64,000 nucleotides of DNA from NCBI RefSeq assembly GCF_004010195.1, contig NC_057751.1:17327960-17391959 (forward strand). Direction: 5' to 3'. The notes beneath the pieces are model-generated. The model was not told the DNA's origin, did not search any database, and saw only the letters and a program-made list of their open reading frames with translations. The number at the start of each line of letters is the position of its first letter. Position 1 is the first letter of the stretch. Positions 24,340 to 37,881 of the stretch are shown one piece after another. Source of the DNA: Chiloscyllium plagiosum (taxonomy: Eukaryota). Both the position numbers and the translations under genes were made by a program.

Positions 24340-26200
24340 CAATTGCATATAAACAATTGGATTCAACTGAAGTTCTAAACGATTATAAATAATATATGGG
24401 CATTCTCAAAAGGAAGGCAAAGACAGAATATGTGGTAGCCTAGGCAAATAATGTTAAGGAGAATCCAAACAGATTCCCGAAAGACGTTAAGATAAGTGTA
24501 ACAAATAAGAGACAGTCGGGCCCTTCACAGATGAAACACTCCATCTTTATGTTGAACCAAAACAGATAAGAGAGGCATTAAACTAATATGTTACATCAGT
24601 TATTGCAGTGGAGAAAGAAATGGCGGCTGGAGAAATCAAGGGAATAAGTATTGAGGCTTTGAGAAAAGTGTGCATTCCAAATGAGGAATTGCTGGATATC
24701 TTAGAAAATATTAAGCTGGAAATATGTCCAGGGGCCGATCTTTTGTGTCCCAGAATCTTGTCTGAAGTTAGGGAGGAAATTCCGGGATCACAGTTGCAAC
24801 ATATTCATGTCGCATACAACTACAGCAGAGGTATCAGATGGAGAGGCAGTGGAAAATGTGCATTTTTTTCAGAGGGTTTGTAAGCAGAAAATTGGGAACT
24901 ATACACATGTGAGTCTGACTTCAGTATTGGGTAAGTTTGGGAAGAGATTCTGAAAGATAGCAATTATGTGCATTTGTAGATGTAAAGAATCATTGGGTAT
25001 CCAACATGGTGTTGTGTGAGGGAAAACATGTCTCACAGACTTGATTAAGTTTGTTCAGCAATTAAGAAAGAAAATTGATAAATGCAGGGTGATTAATGTT
25101 GTTTACTTCGAATTTCGTAAAGCCTTTGACAAAATTAAGAAGATACAATAATCACTAAAGTTAGACCACATGGGATTCCGTGTGACCTTGCTGATTTGAT
25201 ACAATATTGGCTTAAGAACAGGAGAGAGAGAATTATGGCGAAGGTTTGTTTATTAGATTGAGATCTGTGATCATCGGTGATCCACAGGGATTGGTGCTAG
25301 GTCCACTTCCGTGTTTTATTGATATAAATGATTCAGATGAGACTATAGAAAGCACGGTTAGTAAGTTTCTAAATGATACAAATATTGGTGGTATAGTGGG
25401 CTGAAAACAAGGCTATCTAAGAATAGAAAATCGCCTTGATCAATTGGGTCAGTGGGTTCAAAAATTGCAAATGGAGCTTAATTTGGATAAATGCATGATC
25501 TTGCATTTTGGATAAAATAAACATTGACAAGACTTAAACAATTAAAGACAGACCCTTGGGCTATGTTGTAGAAGAGAATGACCTAGTGGTTCAGTTCCAT
25601 AACTCTTTAAATGTTGCATCACATTTAGTCACTTTTGTGCAGAAGCTATTTATCTTGTTTCCCTCAATTGTTGAGATCTTTGAATATAGGAATTGATATG
25701 TTACGTAGAAAACGAAGAAGATGTTGGCAAGGCCTCTTCTGGTCGAACTATTAGGAAGGGATACGAGAATGTTGTTGGGAATGAAACGTTTGCATTCGAA
25801 AGAGATGCAGAGTGGGAGGTTGTGAGCTGACGTTAAACAAGTGTACATAATAATGAGGGGAGAGATAAGGTGAATTTTAGTTGTATTTTCCCTGGGGTGG
25901 GACAGTTCAAGAATTTGAAAGCTTATTTTTAAGGTGAGCGATAAAAGATTTAAAAAGAGACATAAAATTCAAGCCTATTAACACAGAAAGTGGTTCGTGT
26001 GGAATGAAATTCCACAGGTAGTGGTGGATAAGTTTGCTGTGATACGTTTAAAACATACTAAGGGATATATGCAAATACAAAATATTTGAAGAGATCTGAC
26101 TCAGGCGCAGGTCGGTGGGATTCGTGTACTTTTGGATTATGGTCGGCACAGACAGGTGGAGTGAATGGTCTGGATTGGTGCTGTATGATTCTATTGCACT
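24340..26200 (+). mobile_element. Degenerate CR1-type LINE
   Basis: CPGAD..PRIL.EVREEI (ORF 24608-24883), DF.KAFDK-like at ~25110, VSKF.NDT.IGG at ~25360, CR1 3' tail. Confidence 0.8.
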
Positions 26201-28525
26201 GTAACTCTGAATCGATTCTGTAATTCGCGTCTTAATCAAACAAACCCTGCATATAACTTCAAACGTCTCTTCCCAACTGCTACTCCTTGCAAACAAAACT
26301 AACATTTCTATAACACAGGACTGAACGCATGATCGAAAACCGCTCGTGACACATTTCGTCCACTAACCCCGTGCTGACAGAAGTTCATTTCCAAATTAAT
26401 GTCTTGCCTGCCCTGTGCCATTGGACAATTAGACAATTAGTTGAAACTGTTCTCCTCAGTCAAACCCCCAAAAAGCACCACGACAAATCTCTCTGGGTTT
26501 CACATGCAGGAGGTCACAAGCTGATAATGTACACGTTGTGAGACGGGTTTAAATCTGCATGTTTCTGAAGGAGTGAGACATGCAATTTAGGTTTGTTCAC
26601 TTTAACCATTTGATCTTCACCCAGGAATGACATTTACTTTGTAATTGTAAAATGCAAGAAAGAGAACTGGAATTCGGAATTCACTCCATTTGATTGCAGT
26701 GGAGATTCACCAGAATGATAAATGGACTTTTCGGATGTAATGACTAGAGATCGAAATGATACAAACTCAGTGTTAATTTCCTGGAATTTATAATTGAATT
26801 GAGTCAATCTTAATTGTCACGTGCACTCGAATGTTTGAAGTGAACAGTTTGTAGTGTTGCCACTTTTGAGCTCTCTGACGCACAGGGTACGAAGATTTGG
26901 AATTCGTACTTCTGTTTTGCCATCTTGAATCCATCATAATTTTTTAAAACACATGAAAATAAAGAATAGAGAAGTTTTTTTCGAAAAGTACTCGAACTTT
27001 AGTCTTTACAATGGCACCATGCCAAGAAAAAGCATTCAGTCTGCCGTGGCCAAGTCTCTGGACCAAGCTAAGCTTCACGACTTTGAGGCCTCAGAAAAGA
27101 GTTGAGGTGATTTCAAATTTCAAAAGAATAATGGAAGCTGTTCTTTTTCATAGAGAGCAAAGTGTCTTGCCACATCTGGAGATTAGGGCTTGGATCAACG
27201 CCTAAATCTTTAACAATGGTCTGAAAACCTTTGGAAATCCCCGTGATATTTTCATCACGCTTTTCACTCTTGACGAGACCAACCCCAACATTATTATGAA
27301 CAAACGCTCCCAGGACAGATACAGCACAGTGTTCGTTCTACAATAAAATCTCACTGTACTCTCACCATCAAAAATATCTAAAGCAGGTATCACACAGGAT
27401 TTAATACAGAAATAAAGCAAGTAAATCTCTCTTTTTAATGTCTCATAAAATAATCCACCCGCCCGTACTGAATTGGCTTGCATGCCCTCTACTTCCTTGA
27501 AACCTCCCTTTACACTTTGCCGCCAAACAATTTGAGAACAGTTACAACACGGGGTTAGAAATAGAGCAAAGTTTGTTCCGGGTGCCAATGACTGAGCAGC
27601 ACAAAATGGCGAATGGATGCCCATGGTTAATGTAAAAGAACATGATAAACAGTAGTTCCAGTACTTGGCAAAATATTTGATTAATGTAGTCTTCACAAGA
27701 ACAATAATATTAGCTTTGTTCATCCACGGGAACATAACTGACATCGAATACGCAGCTGCATTTGTTTATGCATAAGACATAAATACCCAACGACATTTAA
27801 TGAGTGAATATTTCTAGAATACTAATAATAGTTTCCAGTTATTATCCTTCATATAGTCGTCGGTGCAAGTTTATGAAGCTGTTGTTTATTCAGTTATGTA
27901 CAACAAAATTGAGGGAAATGATTTAAATAAACTTATGTGAGCAAACCAGCCTCAGAGAGTAAGAGCAGCTCACTCGTCATAACGTGGAGATACGAGTCGT
28001 GGGTAAAGAACCTGTCAAACATTGTAGTGTAGTTTGAATAAACAATATGTGAGAGCCAGGAATAAAGGCAGGGGTATATCGTAAATACGACAAGAAAGAA
28101 AACGCTCATTGTTTGTTGTTAATGATTTCTAAAGTTAGGTGTGATCACAAACATGTGTTGGAACAGATATTTTCACATTTAGTAAAAATAAGTTTCATTT
28201 TGTATTTACTGCAACAAGGTGAATAAGCAATTTAAATTCATCCTAAATGATAGGCAAGTATCCATTTATTTAGTTGTTAACCTACTGCATCTGGAAATTG
28301 TTGAGGCAAGAATGAACTTGAATACCGTGTCCATTTTGAAAATCTGCAAGAAATAAGCTCAGAATGTCTGGGAAACGTCATGAGACCGTGAAGGGCTGGG
28401 GACTGACGACAAGCCTGCCCATCTCCGACGTTCAGTCATATTATTCGACTGACTGGAGAAGGACATAATTAATTAATAATATGACTGGTTTGTAAATGTT
28501 AAAGATGGAATTAAGCCAACGTATA

Positions 28526-28933
28526 ACAGTGTGGTGCTGAAAAAACACAGCAGACCAGGCAGCATCCGAGTAGCAGGAGAATCGACGTTTCAGGCAAAAA
28601 CCCTTCTTCAGGAATGGCTGAAGAAGGGCTTATGCCCGAAACGTTGATTCTCCTGCTCCTCGGATGCTGCCGGGCCTGCTGTGATTTTCCAGATCCACAT
28701 TTTTCAACTCTGGTCTCCAGCATCTGCAGCTGAAAATGTGTTGCTGGAGCAGCGCAGCACGTCAGGCAGTATTCAGGGAACAGGAGAATCGACATTTCGG
28801 GCATAAGCCCTTCTTCAGTCTTATGCCTGAAACGTCGATTCTCCTGTTCCCTTGATGCTGCCTGACCTGCTGCGCTGTTCCAGCAACACATTTTCAGCTC
28901 TGATCTCCAGCATCTGCAGCCCTCACTTTCTCC
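28526..28933. mobile_element. Two adjacent palindromic Penelope-like terminal elements (four half-modules)
   Basis: Inverted pairs centred near 28614 and 28819; module repeated elsewhere in the window; a decayed copy also at ~50195-50320. Confidence 0.7.
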
Positions 28934-29383
28934 AATGTACAACAATGTGCATTTTCCTTTCTTTGCAGAAGAAGCTGTTTGTATTTTCAGAGGATTTCTT
29001 CAATGAACACTTTGATTTTGGAAATTAATTCCTGGGTGTCGAGTGAATCATTTTGTGTTTCTACACCAAGAGCTTTCTCTGCACTGACTCCATCAAGTAC
29101 TCCTTGGGCAACAACAACACTGAGTTAAGTGTAAAATAAATTTCCATCTGCAGTATATTCTTTTTGTTCTCGCAAGATAGGTGCACTGCCATTTGAAAAT
29201 TGATTAATTCTCTCTCTGCACTGTTCACGTTAAGTAATCTTCAGTCACACTGAGGTAGATGTCTGCAGTACACAATCCAGAGTCGTAAATCTTCGGATTC
29301 GATCAGATTTTAGCTCCCACTGTAATGTCACAACTAGTGCTGGGACCCTTACTTGCAGGGAAGGTACGGGTGATGTGTGTTTA

Positions 29384-29883
29384 NNNNNNNNNNNNNNNNN
29401 NNNNNNNNNNNNNNNNNNNNNNNNNNNNNNNNNNNNNNNNNNNNNNNNNNNNNNNNNNNNNNNNNNNNNNNNNNNNNNNNNNNNNNNNNNNNNNNNNNNN
29501 NNNNNNNNNNNNNNNNNNNNNNNNNNNNNNNNNNNNNNNNNNNNNNNNNNNNNNNNNNNNNNNNNNNNNNNNNNNNNNNNNNNNNNNNNNNNNNNNNNNN
29601 NNNNNNNNNNNNNNNNNNNNNNNNNNNNNNNNNNNNNNNNNNNNNNNNNNNNNNNNNNNNNNNNNNNNNNNNNNNNNNNNNNNNNNNNNNNNNNNNNNNN
29701 NNNNNNNNNNNNNNNNNNNNNNNNNNNNNNNNNNNNNNNNNNNNNNNNNNNNNNNNNNNNNNNNNNNNNNNNNNNNNNNNNNNNNNNNNNNNNNNNNNNN
29801 NNNNNNNNNNNNNNNNNNNNNNNNNNNNNNNNNNNNNNNNNNNNNNNNNNNNNNNNNNNNNNNNNNNNNNNNNNNNNNNNNNN
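29384..29883. other. Assembly gap (500 N)
   Basis: Run of 500 N; a round number typical of a scaffolding spacer of unknown true size. Confidence 1.
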
Positions 29884-31095
29884 TGTTTCTCAATGTGTGT
29901 CGAACTTATCCTGAAAAATGTTTTTCGAAAAGTTTCCCTATAGCCAACGGTACACTCACAGGTCTGTAATTTCCACGATAATCCCTACTACCCTTCTAAA
30001 ACAACGGGACAGTATTGGCTATTCTCCAGTCCTCTGAGACAATTCCTGTGCACAAAACGATACCAAGGTAGATGTTAGGGCTCCAGCAATTGCTTCACCT
30101 GTCTCCCTCAATAGTCTGGGGTAGGGTCCATCAGGTCCCGGGGACTTAACTTACTTAATACTTTTTATGACGCACAACACCACTTCCTTCCTTTCTGCAA
30201 TTTAGCGAAAAACTGGACATTCCCTTGCCTGAGATCACCATGCAAAAATCCTTCATTTTGGTCAATACCCACAGAAAGTGTTCATTTTGGACTATATGTC
30301 TCTATTCTGACTCCACACACAGGTATACTCCTTTTTCCAACAGTGTGTCAATCCTTTCTCTGGCTAACATTTTGCCTTTTTTTTATATGTCCGAAAAGAC
30401 TTGGTATTCTCCTTAAACATGCTTGTGAATGATTTTCATGACCCCATTTAGCCCTTCTGATACATTGTTTAAGTTATTTCCTTCTTTCCTTATGTACTCC
30501 AATGGCTTTGTTATTCCTTGTCCTTCTATACCTTATGTGTTCTCCCTTTATCTTTCTGACAAAGGTTATAACATCCCTGTCGATCTAAGGTTCACGTCCC
30601 CAGCCATATTCTTCAATCTCACAGGAATATTCTGCTCCTCAACTCATAACTAAAGCCGTTTCATATGCACCCACATGCCCGATATCATTTTACCCTCAAA
30701 CAGATGCCTCCTATCAATAATTCTCCAGTTCCTGCCAAATATTGATACAATTCACCTTCATCCAATTTAACACGTTCATTTGGAGACTGCTGTTGTCCCC
30801 CTCAATGAAGAGTTTAAAACACATGGCATTGTGTTGTCTACTCCCAAAGTACCGCAGTCTTGAATCTTCATTCATGTCATTTTCCTCATTCCTTAAATCT
30901 AGGCCCAGTGAATTCCTTCCCAGTTTGGACTTTTTACATGATATGTTAATAATCTCTCCTTGATGTTCTGTAAAATTTCAGTCCGATCCAAACTCCTAGA
31001 AGGTAACGAGTTCCGGTCAATCTCTTTGAAGTTAAAATCAACCATTGCAAATTCATGCTATTTTTACATCTTTTGAAGAAAAGGACTACATAGTT

Positions 31096-31420
31096 TGGCG
31101 GCACGGTGTCTCAGTGGTTAGCACTGCTGTCTCACAGCACCAGGGTTCAAGGTTTGATTCCAGCCTCGGACAACTGTCTATGTGGAGTTTGCTCATTCTC
31201 CCCACATCTATGTGGATTTCCTCCGGGTGCTCTGCTTTCCTCACACAGTCCAAAAATGTGCAGGTCATGTGAATTGATCATTCTAAATTGCCTGTAGCGT
31301 TAGGTGTTTTAGTCAGGAGTAAATGTAAGCGAATATGTCCGAGTAGGTTGCTCTTCAGAGGGTCGGTGTGGACGTACTGGACCCAAGGGCCTGTTTCCAC
31401 ACTGAAGGCAATCTAATCTA
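31096..31420 (+). mobile_element. tRNA-derived SINE (mirror of 20284-20605)
   Basis: GGCGGCACGGTG...AGTGGTTAGCACTGCTG head and family tail. Confidence 0.87.
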
Positions 31421-32809
31421 TTTTCTTTGAGTGTCTACATGCTTAAAGAGTGACTTAATGTTAGCAGGGAAGGTGTCTGGAAATATTTCCTGCCCTGAGC
31501 ATCGCAATTAAGCAATTGGACAAGAAACACATAATACCCATAAGAGAGTGAATTAATCCTGAAAGAGTGGGCTACAGTTAGCATCATAGAACAGCAAAGT
31601 GGGATCAATATCTGGTTGTACGTTTTGCAGCCAATCCTGCGAGTGCGATTTGCTTCAAGAATGCATATTGGTAATTCAGCCCGGGAAGAAAAACCTGAAG
31701 TCAGCACTGCAGTGCAACAGTGTGTGAGAAGTGGCCTGCAGTTATCGTCACAGGGTAATTGTCGGTAAATGGTAGCCAACAGCGAGCAACATAATGAATC
31801 AGACTAGGAAAAGTGGCCTGCAGTGTACGACAACTTAAATTAGTCTGCAAACGGTGGCCTGGATTCAACTAGGTACTGCGGGAGATTGGCCTTCAATAGC
31901 ATCATAGTGATGTAGTTTGAGAAGAATCGCTGCCAGGGGGTGTCACAATGAAGCAGTTTGTAAAGAGTGACCTGCAGTGAGCAACTCGTGGAAAGTCAGT
32001 GAGAAGTGCCTTGAAGTTAGTATCTCAGTGGAGCAGGCCACGAAAGTTTTCTGGCAGTGAGCATCGTAGAGACAGTCTAAGAAGAGGGTGCCTGAGATCG
32101 AAATGGTAGTGAATCAGTCTGGGATGAGTGAGCAAATCAGTGATGCAGACTGCGAAATGTGGCGTGCAGACACGAATGCATTTAAATACTGTGTTAAGAA
32201 TGGTCTTCAGTCAAGATTGCATTCAAAATGATTGTTCAGAGCGGCCTGTACAGAACATTACCGTCAATAAGACTGGGACTGATGGCTCTCTGGTCAAATT
32301 TCAGTTAAAGTAAATTGTCAGAACAGATTGCAACGACCATTACTGGGTAAAATTTTGCAAGGCGTGGCTGACAGTCAAAGCAGTGGTATGGGAAATTGGA
32401 CTTCAGGCAGAATGATAATGATGCATTCTGGGAGGTGTTTTCTGCAGTGAGCATTCCAGGAGAAAGAACTTGGAAGAGCGATTGCAGCATGCAATGCAGG
32501 AAAGGAAGACTGAGGAGATTGGCCTGAGGACACCATTTGAGTGATGCAGTCTGGGAAGAGTGGTCTGCAGTCTTGTTAAAGTGGAATACAGTTAGCACCG
32601 CAGCGAAATAATGTGCAAAGGGTCGCCTGCAGTGAACATCTTCAGAAATCAGGCGAGTACGATTTGACTACAGTGCGCATTGCAGAGAAGCAGTCTGGAA
32701 GAAGTGACCGACTGGCAGAATCAGAGTGAAGTAGTCCGAGAATTTGGGTCAACAATCAGAATCACAGTGAAGTAAACGAGGAAGAGTGGCTTGTGGGGAC
32801 TCTTTCGGT

Positions 32810-34311
32810 AATGGATGACAATGGGTTGTATCCTAGTTGATCGATGTTCCTGCTTCCTGGAAGCAACGTTGCTTGCGACAGAAGAGAACAACGCTGGAGT
32901 GACAAACCCCGTCGCAGGGGTCACATCTGTATGTGGTCTTTGATCTGCTAGAATGGCCACACTCATTTCTTCTTGCCAGCGTCTCTGCTGTAGTGCTCAT
33001 TAGCTTCTTCTCCCATGTTGGTGTTGGTTCATGGTGCTTCTCGATTTTAGTGCATTCAGCTGCACAACTCTCGTTGCATTCCAGTCTGATTTCAAGCGCC
33101 TTCATGTCCCTCATACAGACGTCTTTGAAGCCCTACTTGGGACGCTAAGTATTTCTCTTCCCGGATGCAAGGTCTCCATAGAGGATATCTATTGCAATGC
33201 GACCATACTCCAATGGGTGGAAGTGGCCATGGCAGTGTAGTCTCCGCTGCCTGAGCACTTTGTGGACGCTGGGAAGGCAAGCGCGAATTAAGACCATGGC
33301 GTTGCATACTCTGTCTTGCCAGGACATGTCCAGGATGAGGCGAATACTCTTCAAATTGAAGATATTCAGTCTTCTGTCCTGTCTGTCATGTGTCGTCCCA
33401 TTTTCACTGCCTTACAGCACTGTGATTATGTTTTCATGATGGTTGAACCAATGTACACAGACTGATGAGCAACGTTGTGTTCAAATCATCGATGGTGATG
33501 ACTGGTCGGAAGTCGCACTGTGCCTCTGGATCTTCAACATTTTGCCACTTTCTCCCGGGGAGTCAATATGGCCCGAGCAAAGGCTTTGGCGTAAGTGTTG
33601 AGGAGAGAGCTGCCTCTGTAAATGTTGAAGTCGCTTCCCTCGACCTTGCTGTTGTCGTGGGCACTATTATTGGCATCCCTCATGACAACTCCTTCTTGCT
33701 AGCATTGGCAGAGGGCTTCATGCAATGGGAGCTGTACACTGTCTTGCAGCACTTGATCAGACCAGGAGGAATCCCGTCGCTACTCCGGGTCTTACCGGAG
33801 GCCAAGCTGTCCATGGCCTTGCTGAGTTTTCTAAGGATGGATCTGCATTTCGTTCGTTCATACTCAGCAAGCATGTGACGACATCAAGTGCTGAAGCAGA
33901 CACGGTATAATCTCTGGCGCAGAGATCAGAGTAGTGTTCATCCCACCTCGTCTTCTGCTGGCTTTTGTCTGTGATAACTTTCTTCTAAGCGGGTTGAAAG
34001 GGCGTGTCTTTTTTCAGCTCATCCTCGTGTATTCTTGATGCCTTTGTACATTCCCCTCACGTTACCCATTAGAGTGGCCACCTGAATTTCCTCACTTCGC
34101 TGTGTCCTGTACATGACAGTGCAATGCCTGGAAGTCTGCTGAACCTTGTTCCTGGCAGCTCTGTGAATCTGCAATTTGTTCCAGCGAGCTGACCGCTTGC
34201 ACTCAGCAAGTGGGACACGCTTGGCTTCAAAGCTTGCGGTGTCTCTGTTGCTTTGGCTTCAAAGTATTCGAGTGTCTTGTAGGTCTTCTTCCCAAAGATA
34301 GCCAGGGATGT
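32810..34311 (-). mobile_element. RTE-clade LINE, mirror copy (5' part at ~44300-44530)
   Basis: Reverse complement of 17406-18900; ORFs 33145-33354 and 32833-33114 are RTE C-terminal fragments. Confidence 0.8.
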
Positions 34312-34838
34312 TCAGGATCTAAAATTTGAATTGAGGCAACAAGATATGTAGATTTTTATTAACCACAGAATAGCTTTTCAAATTAAAAGAATACTATAAA
34401 ATGACTGAGAAGACTGATTGTATCCTAAGAACCTGTACTGCTGATATGCAGAATTAAGCTGAAATTCAAAGATAAGCGAACAATTTAGTTTTCATAAAAT
34501 GAATACTGACACATAAAATTGATCATTCGACTTAACCTTGAACTGATACACGGCATGACAATTTACGTAAATAAGATTCTTCTCACAGGAATACCATTGG
34601 ATTAGCCTGTTGGCAATCATGTCACCATATTACAGTTGATTGTACTTCTCTTGTAAATAAGAACCCTTTCCCAGGAAATATCATTGGATTAGCTTGCTGT
34701 AAATCATGTCATCTTCTTATATTCTATTGATCTTTCTTGTAGTCAAGGCTGTACTATCTCTGAGAAAAAAAAAGCATACAAATAATGTGCAATTTTCAAA
34801 TATAACTGCGTCATTTCACCACGGAACACAGAAGCTTA
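34312..34838 (+). repeat. ERV 5' LTR (copy 2, 3' end deleted)
   Basis: Mirror of 16878-17405; joins directly to leader sequence equivalent to ~16260. Confidence 0.8.
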
Positions 34839-34920
34839 ATTTCCAGGCTGTAAAAAAATCGGATCTTTGTATTTTCAGCAGTTTTCGGAGGCTGGTGGCC
34901 TGAATAGTTTTAATAAAGGT

Positions 34921-35273
34921 GTTGAAGTTCTAGGGAGGCAGGAGGCCACCGATATTTGCAGTTTTGGGGAGGCAGGAGGCCCCCAATATTTGAAGTTTCA
35001 GGCAGACAGGAGGCCCCAGATATTTGAAGTTTTAGGGAGCCAAGAGGACCCCGATGTTTCAAGTTATTAGGGAGGCAGGAGGCCCCTGATAGTTGAAGTT
35101 ATAGGGAGGCAAGAGGTCCCCGAAATTTGAAGTTTTCAGTGAGGCAGGAGGCCCACGATATTTCAAGTCTTTACGGAGGCAGGAGGCGTCCGATATTTGA
35201 TGTTTTTAGGGAGCCAGGAGGCCTCTGGTGTTTGATGTTTTGGGGGATGCAGAAGGCCCCAGATATTTGACGT
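34921..35273. repeat. Mirror copy of the 33-35-bp leader array
   Basis: Reverse complement of 15827-16178. Confidence 0.92.
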
Positions 35274-35446
35274 TGAGGGAGTTTTAAATTACTAATAAAA
35301 ACACAATAGTTAAGTTGATTTTTCTAAATAAAATATCGCGATATTTTATAGAAAAAGTTATTTAGTTAAAAAATGGTTTTGTGAAATAATTAGGCCTTGG
35401 AGAAGTCTGATCAGTGAGTAACATATATAAAACTATAAAACTGAAG

Positions 35447-35731
35447 TTTAGATTCGAGCGTGGAAACAGGCCCTTCGGCCCAACAAGTCCACACCGACCC
35501 GCCGAAGTGCAACCCACCCATTCCCCTACATTTACCCCTTACCTAACACTACGGACAATTTAGCGTGGCCAGTTCACCTGACCTGCACATCTTTGGACTA
35601 TGGGAGGAAACCCACGCAGACACGGGGAGAAAGTGCAAACTCCACACAGTCAGTCGCCTGAGGTGGGAATTGAACCCAGGTCTCAAGCGCTGTGAGGCAG
35701 TAGTGGTAACCACAATCCCACCGTGCCGCCC
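35447..35731 (-). mobile_element. tRNA-derived SINE (mirror of 15359-15663)
   Basis: Family match with a small internal deletion. Confidence 0.87.
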
Positions 35732-35744
35732 AAGTTATTTTATA

Positions 35745-37472
35745 TTGGGTAATTACATAGAAAGAGCAGATGATCCACCATCAACGTTCGTGAAATTTCG
35801 TGAAAATTTTCAGGAAAAGTCTGAGGCCTTTAGAAAACTGTCCGAAGGTCCAAACAAAACATTGCATGGTGAAGAACGGCCATTAGGTTGTCATAAAGCT
35901 GTTCAATTGGTTAAATAAGCTCATCAGTTGATTTCGCAATGTAACATGGGTGCGGGTAGGAAAGAGTTAATTGGATCAAGGCGACAGTTTTATGGTGACA
36001 GGCACAAGGAATCAGTTTTGTGCTCGTGGCAAGATACTACCACCATATTGGGGATTGAAGTGACTGCAAATGGTGCTGTGAAATCTGTTGAACTTCTGAA
36101 AAGTGAATGTGCTCGAGCAAAACATCAGAAACAAAAGGAAAAGTCACAAGTGACTGGTAAACAAAAAGAACTGCGCAGTTCGATGGTTGGCTTTCGTTTT
36201 AACGTGGAAGCCAATGATAATTCGGATTTAGATGAGTGATTTTTTTTGTGGATCCCATTTTAAATTCTTCATTACAGGCTGATCAGTCTTTGGAATGTAC
36301 CCTTGTTAAACTTAATTCTCGAATTCCCGTTGCTCTCCCACATCCCACGTCTATATCTTCCCAGTTTAAACTTGTCAATTATCCTTTTAATCTGTCGATT
36401 TCTTAAGTACTACAATTAGGTTTTTGATGGTAATGCAAAAGACATTTCGACTCATTTATGATTATATCAGATTACATACAGTGTGGAAACAGGCCCTTCG
36501 GCCCAACAAGTCCACACCAACCTGCCGAAGCGCAAACCACCCAGACCCATTCCCTTACATTTACCCCTTCACCGAACACTCTGGGCAATTTAGTATGGCC
36601 AATTGACCTGACCAGCACATTTTTGGACTGTGGAAGGAAAGCGGAGCACCCGGAGAAAACTCACGCAGACAAGGGGAGAAAGTGCAAACACCACACAGTC
36701 AGTCACCTGAGGCGTGAAATGAACCCAGGTCTCTGTCGCTGTGAGGCAGCAGTGCTGGCCAGTGTACCACTGTGCCCCCCAAATTTTCAACAGCAAATTT
36801 TTACTCGTTCCGAATATGCCCGTTTATTGAACACATTAATCATGACAAGTTTACTGATTTTGCTAGTGTTACAGTCCAGGAACAAAAGAGACAAGATAAT
36901 ATTCTCATTGCTGCATCTGCTTTAATAGCAGACTTTACTCGTATCCTTGAACTTCACATCAAAAATAAGGAGTCTGCTGAGGATTTTATTGACCGTTTTC
37001 GAGAATGTTATGAGTTCGATTCTGGCGATCGGGCTTGGAATTTCAATGCTATTAATGCTCAATATAATTCTATGGTATTAAACTGCCTGCCACCCGGTGT
37101 AATCACAGCAGTCAAAACAAACAATCTCGACTGGTTTGAAGACATCCCTAATCAACTCCATCGTTCTATTGCGGCCTTGTGGAATCAGCAGAGTGAAGAC
37201 AGACTACCAATCCGTGTAAAATCAGAATTTGTAGTCTGAGAGGACACACCTCAACAGCTACCCGGGCATCATAGTAGTGGCCATGCACCAATCGAGACCA
37301 CGGTCGTGGGGATGGCAGTGGGACTCCCCCTTGGGGTTCATGCCCAGCCTGTTTAAATTGTAACAGCCTATATCACTGGGCTCGTGACTGCCCGACTAGA
37401 AACTGCGTTACTTGCGGCTGTCTCCTCCATTTGACCTCTAGTTGCCATCGAAAGATCACACAGGGAAACTAA
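35745..37472 (+). pseudogene. gag: ERV gag remnant (MA-CA-NC), interrupted by a SINE at ~36468-36780
   Basis: Starts (L/M)GNYIERA; capsid MHR-like KNKESAEDFIDRFRECYE in ORF 36772-37239; CLNCNSLYHWARDC and CVTCGCLLHLTSSC (two CX2CX4HX4C) at 37350-37445; ends QGN* at 37472. Confidence 0.8.
36468..36780 (-). mobile_element. tRNA-derived SINE (mirror of 14308-14622)
   Basis: Family match. Confidence 0.87.
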
Positions 37473-37838
37473 AGACGTTTTCATGAGAGCTACACTCAGA
37501 ATTCCTATGACACTTGGGGTAAACTCCTGATTACAGTCATCCTCCAACACAAGCAAGAGTAAGAGTTCAAATCAACAGTTTTCTTTCACAAAATAATTCC
37601 TTTTCCGTAGTCAAATGTTCAGCTTGACATGTCTTGCTCTGTTGCTTTTTTGTTTTTTGTTCGTTTTGGTAATTGTTCATTGTTTATGAAATATGGAGGG
37701 TGGTCATTGTTCTTGATGTGCGAAAGATAAGGTTAGCCAGCGGTAAGAATTCTTGCACAGTTGGTTAAGTAACGATGAGGCACAGCCAGGATTTACGAGA
37801 CTGAACTCACAAGGTAAATAAAACCTGAGATATGTGGT

Positions 37839-37881
<43 letters not shown>

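Noticed and set aside
27202..27744. 180-aa ORF
   Set aside because: Runs antisense through degenerate 69-bp satellite units; no domain recognised.
29325..29969. Long ORFs across 29.3-30.0 kb
   Set aside because: Artefacts of translating the N gap.
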